A stretch of 64,000 bases of DNA from Gemmatimonadales bacterium (GTDB taxonomy: Bacteria > Gemmatimonadota > Gemmatimonadetes > Gemmatimonadales > GWC2-71-9): assembly GCA_041615815.1 (NCBI GenBank), contig JBFJCP010000004.1, positions 1 to 64,000 on the forward strand, read 5' to 3'. Position 1 is the stretch's first letter. Each line of letters begins with the position of its first letter. The notes beneath the pieces are model-generated. The model did not search any database. It was given only the letters and a program-made list of their open reading frames with translations, and was not told the origin of the DNA. Both the position numbers and the translations under genes were made by a program. Shown here in pieces: positions 18,568 through 27,468 of the stretch.

Positions 18568-19656
18568 TTGCGAATGCGTTTGATGATCGTCGGCCTGGTG
18601 CTCGCGGTAGCGGGTGCATGCAACTCCGAGCTGCCAAACGAAATGACGCTGGCGTTTCTCGAGGGCACGTCCGGCAATCCACAGATCGGCTTGGTCGTGA
18701 ACTCGCTCGGTCGGTCCGTCAGCCTGTTCCAGCTCGGCAATCCCGAGGAGTCTCGGCAAATCCCCCTCGGGGCGAGCAGTCAGGTGACACCCGTGGGGCT
18801 GTCGGTGGGAGGGCGCCGCGCGGTGGTCCCCTTGGGCAATGCCGCCAGTGCTGCGCTCGTCGATCTCGAGGCGCTACGGATAGAGCGTTTTTTCCTCTTC
18901 CCCTCGGGGAACGCCACGGGGTCGGTGTTTGTGGACGAAAACACGATCCTGCTCGCGAACCTGGTGGACGACGTCGTAGGACGCGTGGCCGTCGATCAAC
19001 CGAACGACGCCGTGGGTGTCACGGTGCAGGTGGCACCGGCGCCGTCCGCGATGGTCATGGCGGGCGGTCGGGCGTTCATCGTGTCCTCCAACCTGGACGA
19101 AAATTTCTCGCCCATCGGCAACGGGATCGTGACCGTGCTCGATCCGGTCACGATGACCGTGGTCACCACCATCGAAACGGGCGGAACGAACTCTGGGGGG
19201 GCGGCCGTGGGGCCCGATGGGATGGTCTACGTCGTGAACACGGGGGATTTCGTAACGCAGGGGAGTATGACGATCATCGATCCCAATACCCTTGAGGTGG
19301 TCGAAACCGTGGGGAATATGGGCGCTGGCCCCATCCCGATCGCGATCGACGATGGCGGGCTCGTGTACGTTTCCGGGTTCTTCTTCGGAACCATCGTGTG
19401 GGACTCGAATACGGGCACCTTTGTCCGTAATGCCGCCAATCCCGTATGTGCACCGGTGACCGGGGGCGCTTGTCGCGGCGCGGCGGATGCGGTGGTGGCC
19501 GCCAATGGGGACTTGTATCAAGTTTTCTTTGGCAGTGCGGCCGACGGTCTGGCACCCGGGGTGTTTGTCTATGATGGGGCCACGCTGTCACTTGCCGACA
19601 GTGTCACCGTCGGATCCGGACCGACCTCAATGGAGATTGGTGAGTTTCGCCCATGA
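18568..19656 (+). CDS. YncE-like beta-propeller lipoprotein (BtuG-like candidate)
   Basis: AGGAGG SD before TTG 18568 (alternative ATG 18574); lipobox AGAC; repeated propeller blades (VTVLDP..IETGG, YVVNTG..TIIDP, VTVGSGP). Confidence 0.75.
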   Translation: MRMRLMIVGLVLAVAGACNSELPNEMTLAFLEGTSGNPQIGLVVNSLGRSVSLFQLGNPEESRQIPLGASSQVTPVGLSVGGRRAVVPLGNAASAALVDLEALRIERFFLFPSGNATGSVFVDENTILLANLVDDVVGRVAVDQPNDAVGVTVQVAPAPSAMVMAGGRAFIVSSNLDENFSPIGNGIVTVLDPVTMTVVTTIETGGTNSGGAAVGPDGMVYVVNTGDFVTQGSMTIIDPNTLEVVETVGNMGAGPIPIAIDDGGLVYVSGFFFGTIVWDSNTGTFVRNAANPVCAPVTGGACRGAADAVVAANGDLYQVFFGSAADGLAPGVFVYDGATLSLADSVTVGSGPTSMEIGEFRP

Positions 19657-20018
19657 CCTTCGACCCCACCCGACCCCGATTCCTCCTCCGCATCGAGGGC
19701 GCAGCCGTGCTTGTCGTGGCGCTGTTGTTGTACCGTGAGCTTGGCGCGAGTTGGCTGACCTTCGCGGTGCTCTTTCTGCTTCCCGACCTCTCGATACTGG
19801 CCTACTTGGGCGGTGCACGGTCCGGAGGCATCGTGTACAACGCGGTCCATACATACCTGATTCCAGCGGGTTTGTACGCCATCGGGTTCGCGGCGGCGCG
19901 ACCGTTGGCCATGGCGCTCGGTCTCATCTGGGCGGCGCACATCGGGTTCGATCGGTTCTTGGGGTTCGGCCTCAAATACTCGGTGGGATTTCGCGAAACG
20001 CATTTGCATCGAACGTAG
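19653..20018 (+). CDS. DUF4260 family membrane protein
   Basis: LLRIEG, LFLLPDLS, YNAVH, AHIGFDRFLGFGLKY, FRETHL; ATGA overlap with the upstream gene. Confidence 0.88.
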   Translation: MTFDPTRPRFLLRIEGAAVLVVALLLYRELGASWLTFAVLFLLPDLSILAYLGGARSGGIVYNAVHTYLIPAGLYAIGFAAARPLAMALGLIWAAHIGFDRFLGFGLKYSVGFRETHLHRT

Positions 20019-20111
20019 GAAGGTGAGAAGGTGGGAACGACGGAAAGCCGAAGAAGGACCCGCCGACCTCCCACCGTCTCTTCTCACCATCCAACCGTCT
20101 AACCTTCTAAT
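20019..20111. repeat. Degenerate 8-bp tandem repeats in inverted arrangement
   Basis: gaaggtga gaaggtgg gaacgacg gaaagccg facing tcccaccg ... tccaaccg tctaacct; between convergent genes. Confidence 0.6.
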
Positions 20112-22085
20112 CTATCGCCGCACCCACACGTTGTTGCTGCGATCCACATCGGGGAAGACGCCGACGGTATCGATCTCCACCCGTACCACCGGCGAGTTGG
20201 CGGTGATTCGGACATCGGCGCGTGTGGCGCCGCTGAGCCACCGCTCGACGGGAACCTCGCGATCGATGGTGTCCCCATTCTCGAGCGTGATATGCAGCCG
20301 GGCTGGCATTGGGGCCAAGCCACGGTCCTCGACGACGATCACGGTTTCGCGGGGAGATGAGGCCGTGCCAGCGTTCACGGAGACCACCGCCTGGTCCAGC
20401 GTCCACGTCTCGTAATACCATGTGCGCCAGAACCAGCTTAGGTCCTGCCCGGTCACGGCATTGAAGGTGCTGAAGAAATCCCACGGTCGTGGGTGCTTGT
20501 ACGACCAATTGTGGAGATAGGTACGATACGCCTTGAGGAACATCTCATCGCCGAGCAAGCCCCGCAGCGCCACGAGCAGCGTGGCTGGCTTCGAGTAGGA
20601 GGCAACGCCGTACGCCGGTCCAGGGTATTGATAGTCGGACCACCGCATCATCTCGCCCTCGAGCCCGAGCCGGGCCACCGCGAGGTAGCGTTGGCGATCT
20701 CCATCATCGTGATCGGGACCGGGGTAGAACTCCTTGCGTGCCTGGTTTTCATTGAACGAAGTGGTGCCTTCGTCCATCCATGCATGCCGCTTCTCGTCCA
20801 CCCCCACGATCATCGGGACCCACATGTGGGCGAGCTCATGTGCGGTCACGTAGTACAGGGCGCTGTCTCCTCGGCTGTTGTAATCACCGATGATTGTCAT
20901 CATGGGGAACTCCATGCCGCCCCCGATGATCTCGGCGCCTTCCACCGCAGACATGTGCGGCCAGGGAAACGGGATCTCCGTCCAACGCGAGAGGAAATCG
21001 ATCGAGTGCTGGGCGTAGCGCCACGCGTGCCGCCAGCGAGGGGCCGAGGCGCGGTAGATCGCATCCACGCGGGCATAGTCGGCCGCGCCGTCTCCATTGC
21101 GATCTCCCACCGGCGTGCGGGCAGCATCCCATAGCGATTGGCGCGTGGCGCTGAACGCGAAGTCTCGCACATTGTCGGCCATGAAGTGCCAGCGCAGCCA
21201 TCCCGACGGTGCGCGGCGGGTTGCCGTTCCCGGCCCGAGGTCCTCAGCGCGGAGGACGTGGATGACCGTGTCGCTCTGTTCGGCTGCCCGGAGCCGCTGG
21301 ACGACGCCTGCCGGCAGGACCTCGTCGGCATTCTGCAGCGCTCCCGTGGCCATCACCATCCAGCCCTCGGGGGCCTCGAGCGTCACGTCGTAACGCGCAA
21401 ACCCGCTGTAAAACTCCGCCTGGCCCAGGTACTGATCGATCTGCCACCCGTCTACGTCGTCGTACACCGCCATCTGGGGGTACCAATAGGCGATGTAGAA
21501 TAGATTGTCACGGCTCCATCCCATGCGGCCGGCACCGGCCTGGGGTACCACGAATCCCCAGTCGATCGAAAGTCGCACAGAGTCTCCCGGCAACAGCGCT
21601 TGTGCAAGGCGCACGCCCAAAATGGTGCCTTGGACCCGGTACCCGGGTAAGGCGCCCTGGGTTGGGCTCAATGCTCGTCCATGTACCGTCACGCGGGTTA
21701 GTTCAACTCCACCGGTTACCTCCTGCGACTCGTTTCGCAGTGCGCCGGGAGCGTGCAGGTTTTGGAGCAGGTGCAGGAAGACCGCGGGCAGCGTATCGGG
21801 TGAGGCATTGACATAGACAATGCTGGCCTGCGCGTCTACGCGTTTGGCCTCGGGGGACAGACGGGCCGTGACCGTGTAGCTGGCGCGTTGCTGCCAGTAG
21901 TTGGGTCCCGGTGCGCCGGTCGTCGAGCGCGTGCCCGCGGCTACGGCCTGCTGATACGCGCGTGGCGAGACGACCGGGTATGGGATAGGTCGCTGAGGGG
22001 AGGCGGATTGCGTAGTCGCATCGGCGGCCGGCACGAACGCCGCCGCCAGGACTATCATGAAGCCTCCTAACCGAGCACCTCGCAT
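20112..22085 (-). CDS. M1-family aminopeptidase, exported
   Basis: GGMEFP, AHELAHMW, WMDEGTT, SYSKP; signal peptide; GGAGG SD. Confidence 0.92.
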   Translation of the reverse strand: MRGARLGGFMIVLAAAFVPAADATTQSASPQRPIPYPVVSPRAYQQAVAAGTRSTTGAPGPNYWQQRASYTVTARLSPEAKRVDAQASIVYVNASPDTLPAVFLHLLQNLHAPGALRNESQEVTGGVELTRVTVHGRALSPTQGALPGYRVQGTILGVRLAQALLPGDSVRLSIDWGFVVPQAGAGRMGWSRDNLFYIAYWYPQMAVYDDVDGWQIDQYLGQAEFYSGFARYDVTLEAPEGWMVMATGALQNADEVLPAGVVQRLRAAEQSDTVIHVLRAEDLGPGTATRRAPSGWLRWHFMADNVRDFAFSATRQSLWDAARTPVGDRNGDGAADYARVDAIYRASAPRWRHAWRYAQHSIDFLSRWTEIPFPWPHMSAVEGAEIIGGGMEFPMMTIIGDYNSRGDSALYYVTAHELAHMWVPMIVGVDEKRHAWMDEGTTSFNENQARKEFYPGPDHDDGDRQRYLAVARLGLEGEMMRWSDYQYPGPAYGVASYSKPATLLVALRGLLGDEMFLKAYRTYLHNWSYKHPRPWDFFSTFNAVTGQDLSWFWRTWYYETWTLDQAVVSVNAGTASSPRETVIVVEDRGLAPMPARLHITLENGDTIDREVPVERWLSGATRADVRITANSPVVRVEIDTVGVFPDVDRSNNVWVRR

Positions 22086-22238
22086 GTGTTCCTCCGGCAG
22101 CGTCAGATGTTCCGGATCGACTGTCAGGTATTGTACCCTGCAGAACGCGAGCGACACCACCGGAGCGGCTCATCCGGGTGGCCGCCGCGAAGCCGATTGG
22201 GAAGAGGTGGCCGGGGGGGTGGACTCTTGCAACCGCTG

Positions 22239-22757
22239 CTAGTGAGCGGTGCGAGCCGGGTCCGGCTTTCGGGTCACCCGCCAGCGTCCCTCTCGGACTA
22301 CGCCCTCGTGCGCGTGACGAGTCACGAACGTGCCGTCGATGACGTCGCCCTCGACGCGACCTTCGAAGGTCGTCGTGAGCTCGCACCCGCACTCGGGATC
22401 CCGATAGGGATCCAGCTGTCCTACCACCCGGGCACCGCCAACCTGTACGAAGGCGATGGTCAGGACCTGCGTGCGCGGTCCAAAGGGCATTGCGCCGGGG
22501 CGTTCCGGATCCGGCGGCTCTTCTTGTGCCGCGGGGACCATCAGTACGTCCCCGTGAGCCGTGTCTTCGCCAGCGGTGAGGGTGAAGATGATGCTCCCAC
22601 TCCGTCCCGTTTCGGTGCTGCTGTAGCTCCCCTCCCACCGACCGGCTAAGGTGGCGACGCTCACCTCGTCGCCCACGACCGGGACGGGCGCGGGATTGGC
22701 CGCGCATGCGGAGATCAAAGATGCTGCCATCAGCGTCAGCAATCGTCGCATACCCAT
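22239..22757 (-). CDS. Hypothetical lipoprotein
   Basis: Lipobox ISAC; LAGRWEGSY beta-rich domain; PYRDPECGC. Confidence 0.7.
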   Translation of the reverse strand: MGMRRLLTLMAASLISACAANPAPVPVVGDEVSVATLAGRWEGSYSSTETGRSGSIIFTLTAGEDTAHGDVLMVPAAQEEPPDPERPGAMPFGPRTQVLTIAFVQVGGARVVGQLDPYRDPECGCELTTTFEGRVEGDVIDGTFVTRHAHEGVVREGRWRVTRKPDPARTAH

Positions 22758-22839
22758 GCGCCGCTCCGTCCGAGAAAAGTCCCGTGTGAGCCTACGCGCA
22801 TGGGGTTGAACGAGTGGTGAGACATGTCTCAAGGCGTCT

Positions 22840-23466
22840 TCAGGCAACGATCGAGTGGATTTTGGTGATCAACATGTCGACCGCCACCTGGTTGTGGCCC
22901 CCCTCGGGGATGATGATGTGCGCATGACGCTTGCTGGGTTCGACGAACTCGAGGTGCATCGGCCTCACGGTCTTCAGGTACTGCTGGACAATGGAGTCGA
23001 GGCTTCGTCCCCGTTCTTTCATGTCACGATGCAACCGCCGTATGAAGCTGATATCCGAATCCGTATCCACGAACACCTTGATGTCCATCAGGTCCCGCAG
23101 TGCTCGATCGACGAGGATCAGGATCCCCTCCACGATGATGACTTTGCGAGGCTGGGCGGTGTCCGTGGCCCTCAGGCGGGCGTGGTTGGTGAAATCGTAG
23201 CGCGGGACCTCGACGGGCTGTCCCTGTCCAAGGAGCTCGAGGTGGGTGATCAAGAGTGTGGTCTCGAGCGCGTCGGGGTGATCGTAGTTGATGTCGACGC
23301 GTTCCTCCGTTGGCACGTCGCTCCGGTCGTAATAATAGGAATCGTGCTGGATCACCGTTACCTGATTTGAACCGAGATCGCGGACGATCTCCTGGACCAC
23401 CGTGGTCTTCCCGGAGCCAGACCCTCCGGCGACGCCGATGATGATGGGGTGGTGCTGGTTACCCAA
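22840..23466 (-). CDS. udk: Uridine kinase
   Basis: GVAGGSGSGKTT, NYDHPDA, IIVEGIL, RRLHRD, VRPMHLEFVEPSK. Confidence 0.95.
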   Translation of the reverse strand: MGNQHHPIIIGVAGGSGSGKTTVVQEIVRDLGSNQVTVIQHDSYYYDRSDVPTEERVDINYDHPDALETTLLITHLELLGQGQPVEVPRYDFTNHARLRATDTAQPRKVIIVEGILILVDRALRDLMDIKVFVDTDSDISFIRRLHRDMKERGRSLDSIVQQYLKTVRPMHLEFVEPSKRHAHIIIPEGGHNQVAVDMLITKIHSIVA

Positions 23467-23577
23467 CGGAGTCCTCGAATCGCTGGAGCCTGAGCAACAG
23501 TATCCCGTGGAACACCATTCATAAAGGTCACTGCCGTCCTTACCTTTCCTGCCAGTCAGCTACCCGAGCGTTGACCT

Positions 23578-26421
23578 GTGGATGAACTGATCGATCGACT
23601 TCAGGGCGTTTTGGGGGAGCCGTACGCCGTCGAGCGCACGCTCGGGGCCGGGGGTATGGCGATCGTCTTGCTTGCCCGGGACCGCAAGCACGAGCGTCCA
23701 GTGGCGATCAAGGTCCTCAAACCGGAAGTGGCGGCGTCGATCGGGCCCGAGCGGTTCCTCCAGGAAATCCAGATCGCGGCGCAGCTCCAGCATCCTCACA
23801 TCTTGCCCCTGTACGATTCGGGCAGCGGTGATGGCCTGATCTACTACGTCATGCCGTTCGTTGAAGGTGAGTCGCTCAAGGAGCGCATTGCCCGAGAAGG
23901 CCCGCTGCCGGTCAAAGACGCTGTCAATATTGCCAGCGAGGTGGCGAGCGCGCTCGCACACGCCCATCAACAGGGTGTGATCCACCGAGACATCAAACCC
24001 GGAAACATCCTCTTGTCCGGCGGGCACGCGATGGTAGCGGACTTCGGGATCGCCCGTGCGCTCCGGGCGGCCGGGGCGGGTTCGACCCAAGCGGGCATGA
24101 TCGTCGGGACCCCGGAGTATATGAGCCCCGAGCAGGCCTTGAGCGGCGAGCGTGTGGATGGGCGAGCCGACGTGTACAGCTTGGGGTGTGTGCTCTATGA
24201 GATGTTGACCGGACGGCCGCCTTTCGATGGCCCCACGTTGGAAGCCGTACTCTCGCAATCGTTCACGTCCGAGATCCCTTCGGTGTCCACGGTCCGGGCG
24301 GATGTCCCTCCCTGGGTGCGAGAGGTGATCGCCGTTGCCACCGCCAAGGACCGCGATCGCCGTTTCCCGTCTGCCACCGCGCTCCGGGATGCGCTCGAGC
24401 GCCCGCTCGATGCGGTGCTGTCACGGTCTTGGTATCGACGATGGTGGGTCATGGGGGGAGCAGTTGCGGCGCTGGTCGTCGCCACTGCCATGCTGGTGAA
24501 CGGGTTGGACCGATCCGTCGGGTCCCACAGCGTCGATACCGGAGCCGAGATCATCGCGGTCTTGCCGTTCGTTGCGGAAGGTCCGGGGGTGGAGTTTCTG
24601 GGCCAAGGAATGGCCGATCTCATTGCCACCAACCTGGACGGGGTGGGAGGCATACGGACGGTCGACCCGCGAACGGTGCTCCACCATCTTCCACGCCGTG
24701 AGCGAGGTGACCGCCTCGATCGGGCACGCGCCCTCGAGGCGGGGCGCCTGGTGAACGCCGCATCCATCCTTGCGGGGAATATCGTGTCTGCGGCGGGGCG
24801 GGTCCGGATCAATGCCGAGCTTTACGCGGTTGGCGGCGACCGTCTGGCCCGCGCGTCGGCGGACGGACCGATCGACAGCGTGTTTGCCTTGGCGGATAGC
24901 CTAAGCCTGCGGCTGATACGCGAAGTCTGGCGGTCGCGGGAGCCGCTTCCCGAGTTTCGGATCAGTGCCGTCACCACCGGGTCGTTGGACGCCATCCGAT
25001 CCTACCTCAGGGGCGAACAACATTTCAGGGCGTCACGATGGGACTCGGCGACGGTGGCCTACCAGGAGGCCGTCGAGGCGGATTCGACGTTTGCCTTGGC
25101 GCTGCTCAAGCTGAGCATCGTGTCCACGTGGGTCAGGGGTCATGGTGATTCGGTGGCGATCCGGTACAGCGCGGCCGCCTCTCGGTATGCCAGCCGGCTC
25201 CCTGCCCGAGAGCGACTGCTCGTGGCCGGCAACGAATTGTTCAACAGGGGCCACCTAGATGCGGTCGACAGCCTGCGGGCCTATGCGACGCGGTATCCCA
25301 CCGACGCGGAAGGATGGTTCTTTCTTGGCGAAGCCCTCTTCCATGCGCAGCCGCTTCTCGCTCTCTCGCTCGATGAAGTGCTTGCCCCCTACGAGCAGGT
25401 GCACCGCCTCGACCCAACGCTCACGCCAGCCTTCATCCATCCCCTCGAGCTGAGCCTGTTATTCGGTGACAGCGCGCGTTTCGAACGGTACCTGAATGGT
25501 GTCCAGCACAATGGTGCGCTGGATCTCGAGCGGAGACACCGGTGGCTGGCGGATATGGCCTGGCATAACGCACAGGCCAACGTCGCTCAGCTTCTCCGCG
25601 TGGTCGAGACGTACGGCGTTTCCGTGCTCGAACCGGTGGCCAACATCACGCTGTCCACGAGGCTCGATCTCGTCGACACGCTGCTCGTGGCTCTGGACTC
25701 GGTACGTCTCCGAACGCCCGAAACGGGGCCGCTTCGCGATGCTTTGCTTCACCAGCGCTGGAGCCTGTTGCTGGCAATCGGCCGTGCGCGGCACGCCAGG
25801 GCAGAGCTCGACGCAGTGCAGTCCTCCGACCGAAACGCTGCGGCCCGTTTCGCAGCGCGGGTGGCGATGGCTGGCTATCCGGGGTGGCAGGTGAGCGCCC
25901 GCTGGGCGGCAGACCTCGCCACCCAAGCACGCACCGATCCGGACGCGGCGTACTTGCGCGCTGGCGTGGTGCTCAGTCGCGGTGCGACCAGCGAGGCGCG
26001 CACCATCCTCGGATCGATTGACACTGCGGCTGCCTCCGTGACTACACGGGCCATGATCCAAGCCACGGCTGCTTGGGTCGGCGTCCCGTCCGGTGATACC
26101 GCGGCCGCCATTGCCGGCATGCGGCGTGCGCTGGAGCGCGCAGGGTTTGAACCGGTCGCGACCCTCGAAGGGGTCGTGGTCCGGTACCGGTTCGTGCAGT
26201 TGCTGTTGGCGTTTCCGGGCACGCGACTGGAGGGAATTCGCCACGCGCGGTTCGACTGGTCTTTGCGTGGCTCGGCGCCGTTTCTCTATCCGCTGCAGCT
26301 CCTCGGGCTTGCCGAGGGCTACCGGGCGGTGGGGGACACGGCCCAGGCGGCTGAGGTCGAGGCTCGATTGCGTCGGCTCTGGCGTGCGGCGGACCCGCCC
26401 ATCGGCTCATGGATTCCATGA
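23578..26421 (+). CDS. Hanks-type Ser/Thr kinase with TM segment, TolB-N-like and TPR-like domains, paralog 1
   Basis: GAGGMA, VAIKVL, HRDIKPGN, DFGIA, GTPEYMSPEQ; hydrophobic segment; IAVLPF domain. Confidence 0.9.
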   Translation: MDELIDRLQGVLGEPYAVERTLGAGGMAIVLLARDRKHERPVAIKVLKPEVAASIGPERFLQEIQIAAQLQHPHILPLYDSGSGDGLIYYVMPFVEGESLKERIAREGPLPVKDAVNIASEVASALAHAHQQGVIHRDIKPGNILLSGGHAMVADFGIARALRAAGAGSTQAGMIVGTPEYMSPEQALSGERVDGRADVYSLGCVLYEMLTGRPPFDGPTLEAVLSQSFTSEIPSVSTVRADVPPWVREVIAVATAKDRDRRFPSATALRDALERPLDAVLSRSWYRRWWVMGGAVAALVVATAMLVNGLDRSVGSHSVDTGAEIIAVLPFVAEGPGVEFLGQGMADLIATNLDGVGGIRTVDPRTVLHHLPRRERGDRLDRARALEAGRLVNAASILAGNIVSAAGRVRINAELYAVGGDRLARASADGPIDSVFALADSLSLRLIREVWRSREPLPEFRISAVTTGSLDAIRSYLRGEQHFRASRWDSATVAYQEAVEADSTFALALLKLSIVSTWVRGHGDSVAIRYSAAASRYASRLPARERLLVAGNELFNRGHLDAVDSLRAYATRYPTDAEGWFFLGEALFHAQPLLALSLDEVLAPYEQVHRLDPTLTPAFIHPLELSLLFGDSARFERYLNGVQHNGALDLERRHRWLADMAWHNAQANVAQLLRVVETYGVSVLEPVANITLSTRLDLVDTLLVALDSVRLRTPETGPLRDALLHQRWSLLLAIGRARHARAELDAVQSSDRNAAARFAARVAMAGYPGWQVSARWAADLATQARTDPDAAYLRAGVVLSRGATSEARTILGSIDTAAASVTTRAMIQATAAWVGVPSGDTAAAIAGMRRALERAGFEPVATLEGVVVRYRFVQLLLAFPGTRLEGIRHARFDWSLRGSAPFLYPLQLLGLAEGYRAVGDTAQAAEVEARLRRLWRAADPPIGSWIP

Positions 26422-26456
26422 GCCGGCCCCGTGTGGGGTGGAGACACCGCCCCGTG

Positions 26457-27317
26457 CTAAGACGAAACCACCCGGTCCGCGCCATACGACACGGTCACCA
26501 TCCAATCCTGCACCTCAGGGCGCTCCGTTTTCAGCGCCGCGATGACGCGTTGCCGGAATGCGGACTCGATCAACGCCTGTTGGCCAGGCCAGATTCGGAG
26601 CATGACGCGGACGTACCGCCAGCCGTGCGGCGCGGTCTCTCGAACGCCGAGAATCGCAGGGTCGGAGAGGACGATGGCAGGAAGCTGCTTGCGAAACGCC
26701 TGGGCGATCGCCGTCACGCGGTCCGTGAGGGCTTGCTCATCCGCACCCGGCGGCATCTGCACGTCCACGAACGCGCGAAGCGCTTTCTTGGGATAGCGTC
26801 CGACGAGCGTGATGTTCCGGTTGGGGATGAACACCCGTTGCCCGGTCAGGTTCGATAGCACCGTGAACCGGAGGCCGATCTGCTCGACTCGCCCCACCTG
26901 ACCCGAGATTTCGACCAGGTCGCCGATATCCATCGCGTCTGAAAAGACGAGCGTCAGCCCGATCACGATGTCTTGCACGAGTCCTTGAGATCCGAATCCC
27001 ACCGCCAATCCCACCACCGAGGCCGTCGCGAGGTATGCCGTCAGGGAGATATTCAGCTCAGAGAGTATGAATCCGAGACCGGCGAAAAAGATTCCGAAGG
27101 TGAGCGCGCTTGCCACCAGGCTCGTGACCGTCGCGATCTTGGGGTACTTCTGTGCGAATTCCTGCCACTGGCTCTCGGCCGGCGCGCGACCCCCAATGAG
27201 CCGTCGGGTGCCGCGCCGCACGTACTGGACCCCCAGACTCGCGATCACGGCCACGAGGCCAATGATCAGGATCCGAAGGGCCACGTGGAGGCCGCGATAG
27301 ACTTCAAGCAGATCCAC
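26457..27317 (-). CDS. mscS: MscS-family mechanosensitive channel
   Basis: ASVVGLAVGFGSQGLVQD, IGDLVEI, VEQIGLRFT, IPNR; GTG start inferred, since the longer ORF overlaps the kinase antisense. Confidence 0.85.
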   Translation of the reverse strand: MDLLEVYRGLHVALRILIIGLVAVIASLGVQYVRRGTRRLIGGRAPAESQWQEFAQKYPKIATVTSLVASALTFGIFFAGLGFILSELNISLTAYLATASVVGLAVGFGSQGLVQDIVIGLTLVFSDAMDIGDLVEISGQVGRVEQIGLRFTVLSNLTGQRVFIPNRNITLVGRYPKKALRAFVDVQMPPGADEQALTDRVTAIAQAFRKQLPAIVLSDPAILGVRETAPHGWRYVRVMLRIWPGQQALIESAFRQRVIAALKTERPEVQDWMVTVSYGADRVVSS

Positions 27318-27468
27318 GATGGTGATGACCGATGATCGAACGGTTGGAGATGCGTTGCAGATCGAGCGTAAAGCTACGGCGTGGTGGACAGCGAAACAAG
27401 GAGATGGGAACGACGCGATCCCCTCGCTCACCTCCCGATCACACGTGCACCAGACCATCTTTCGGGCC

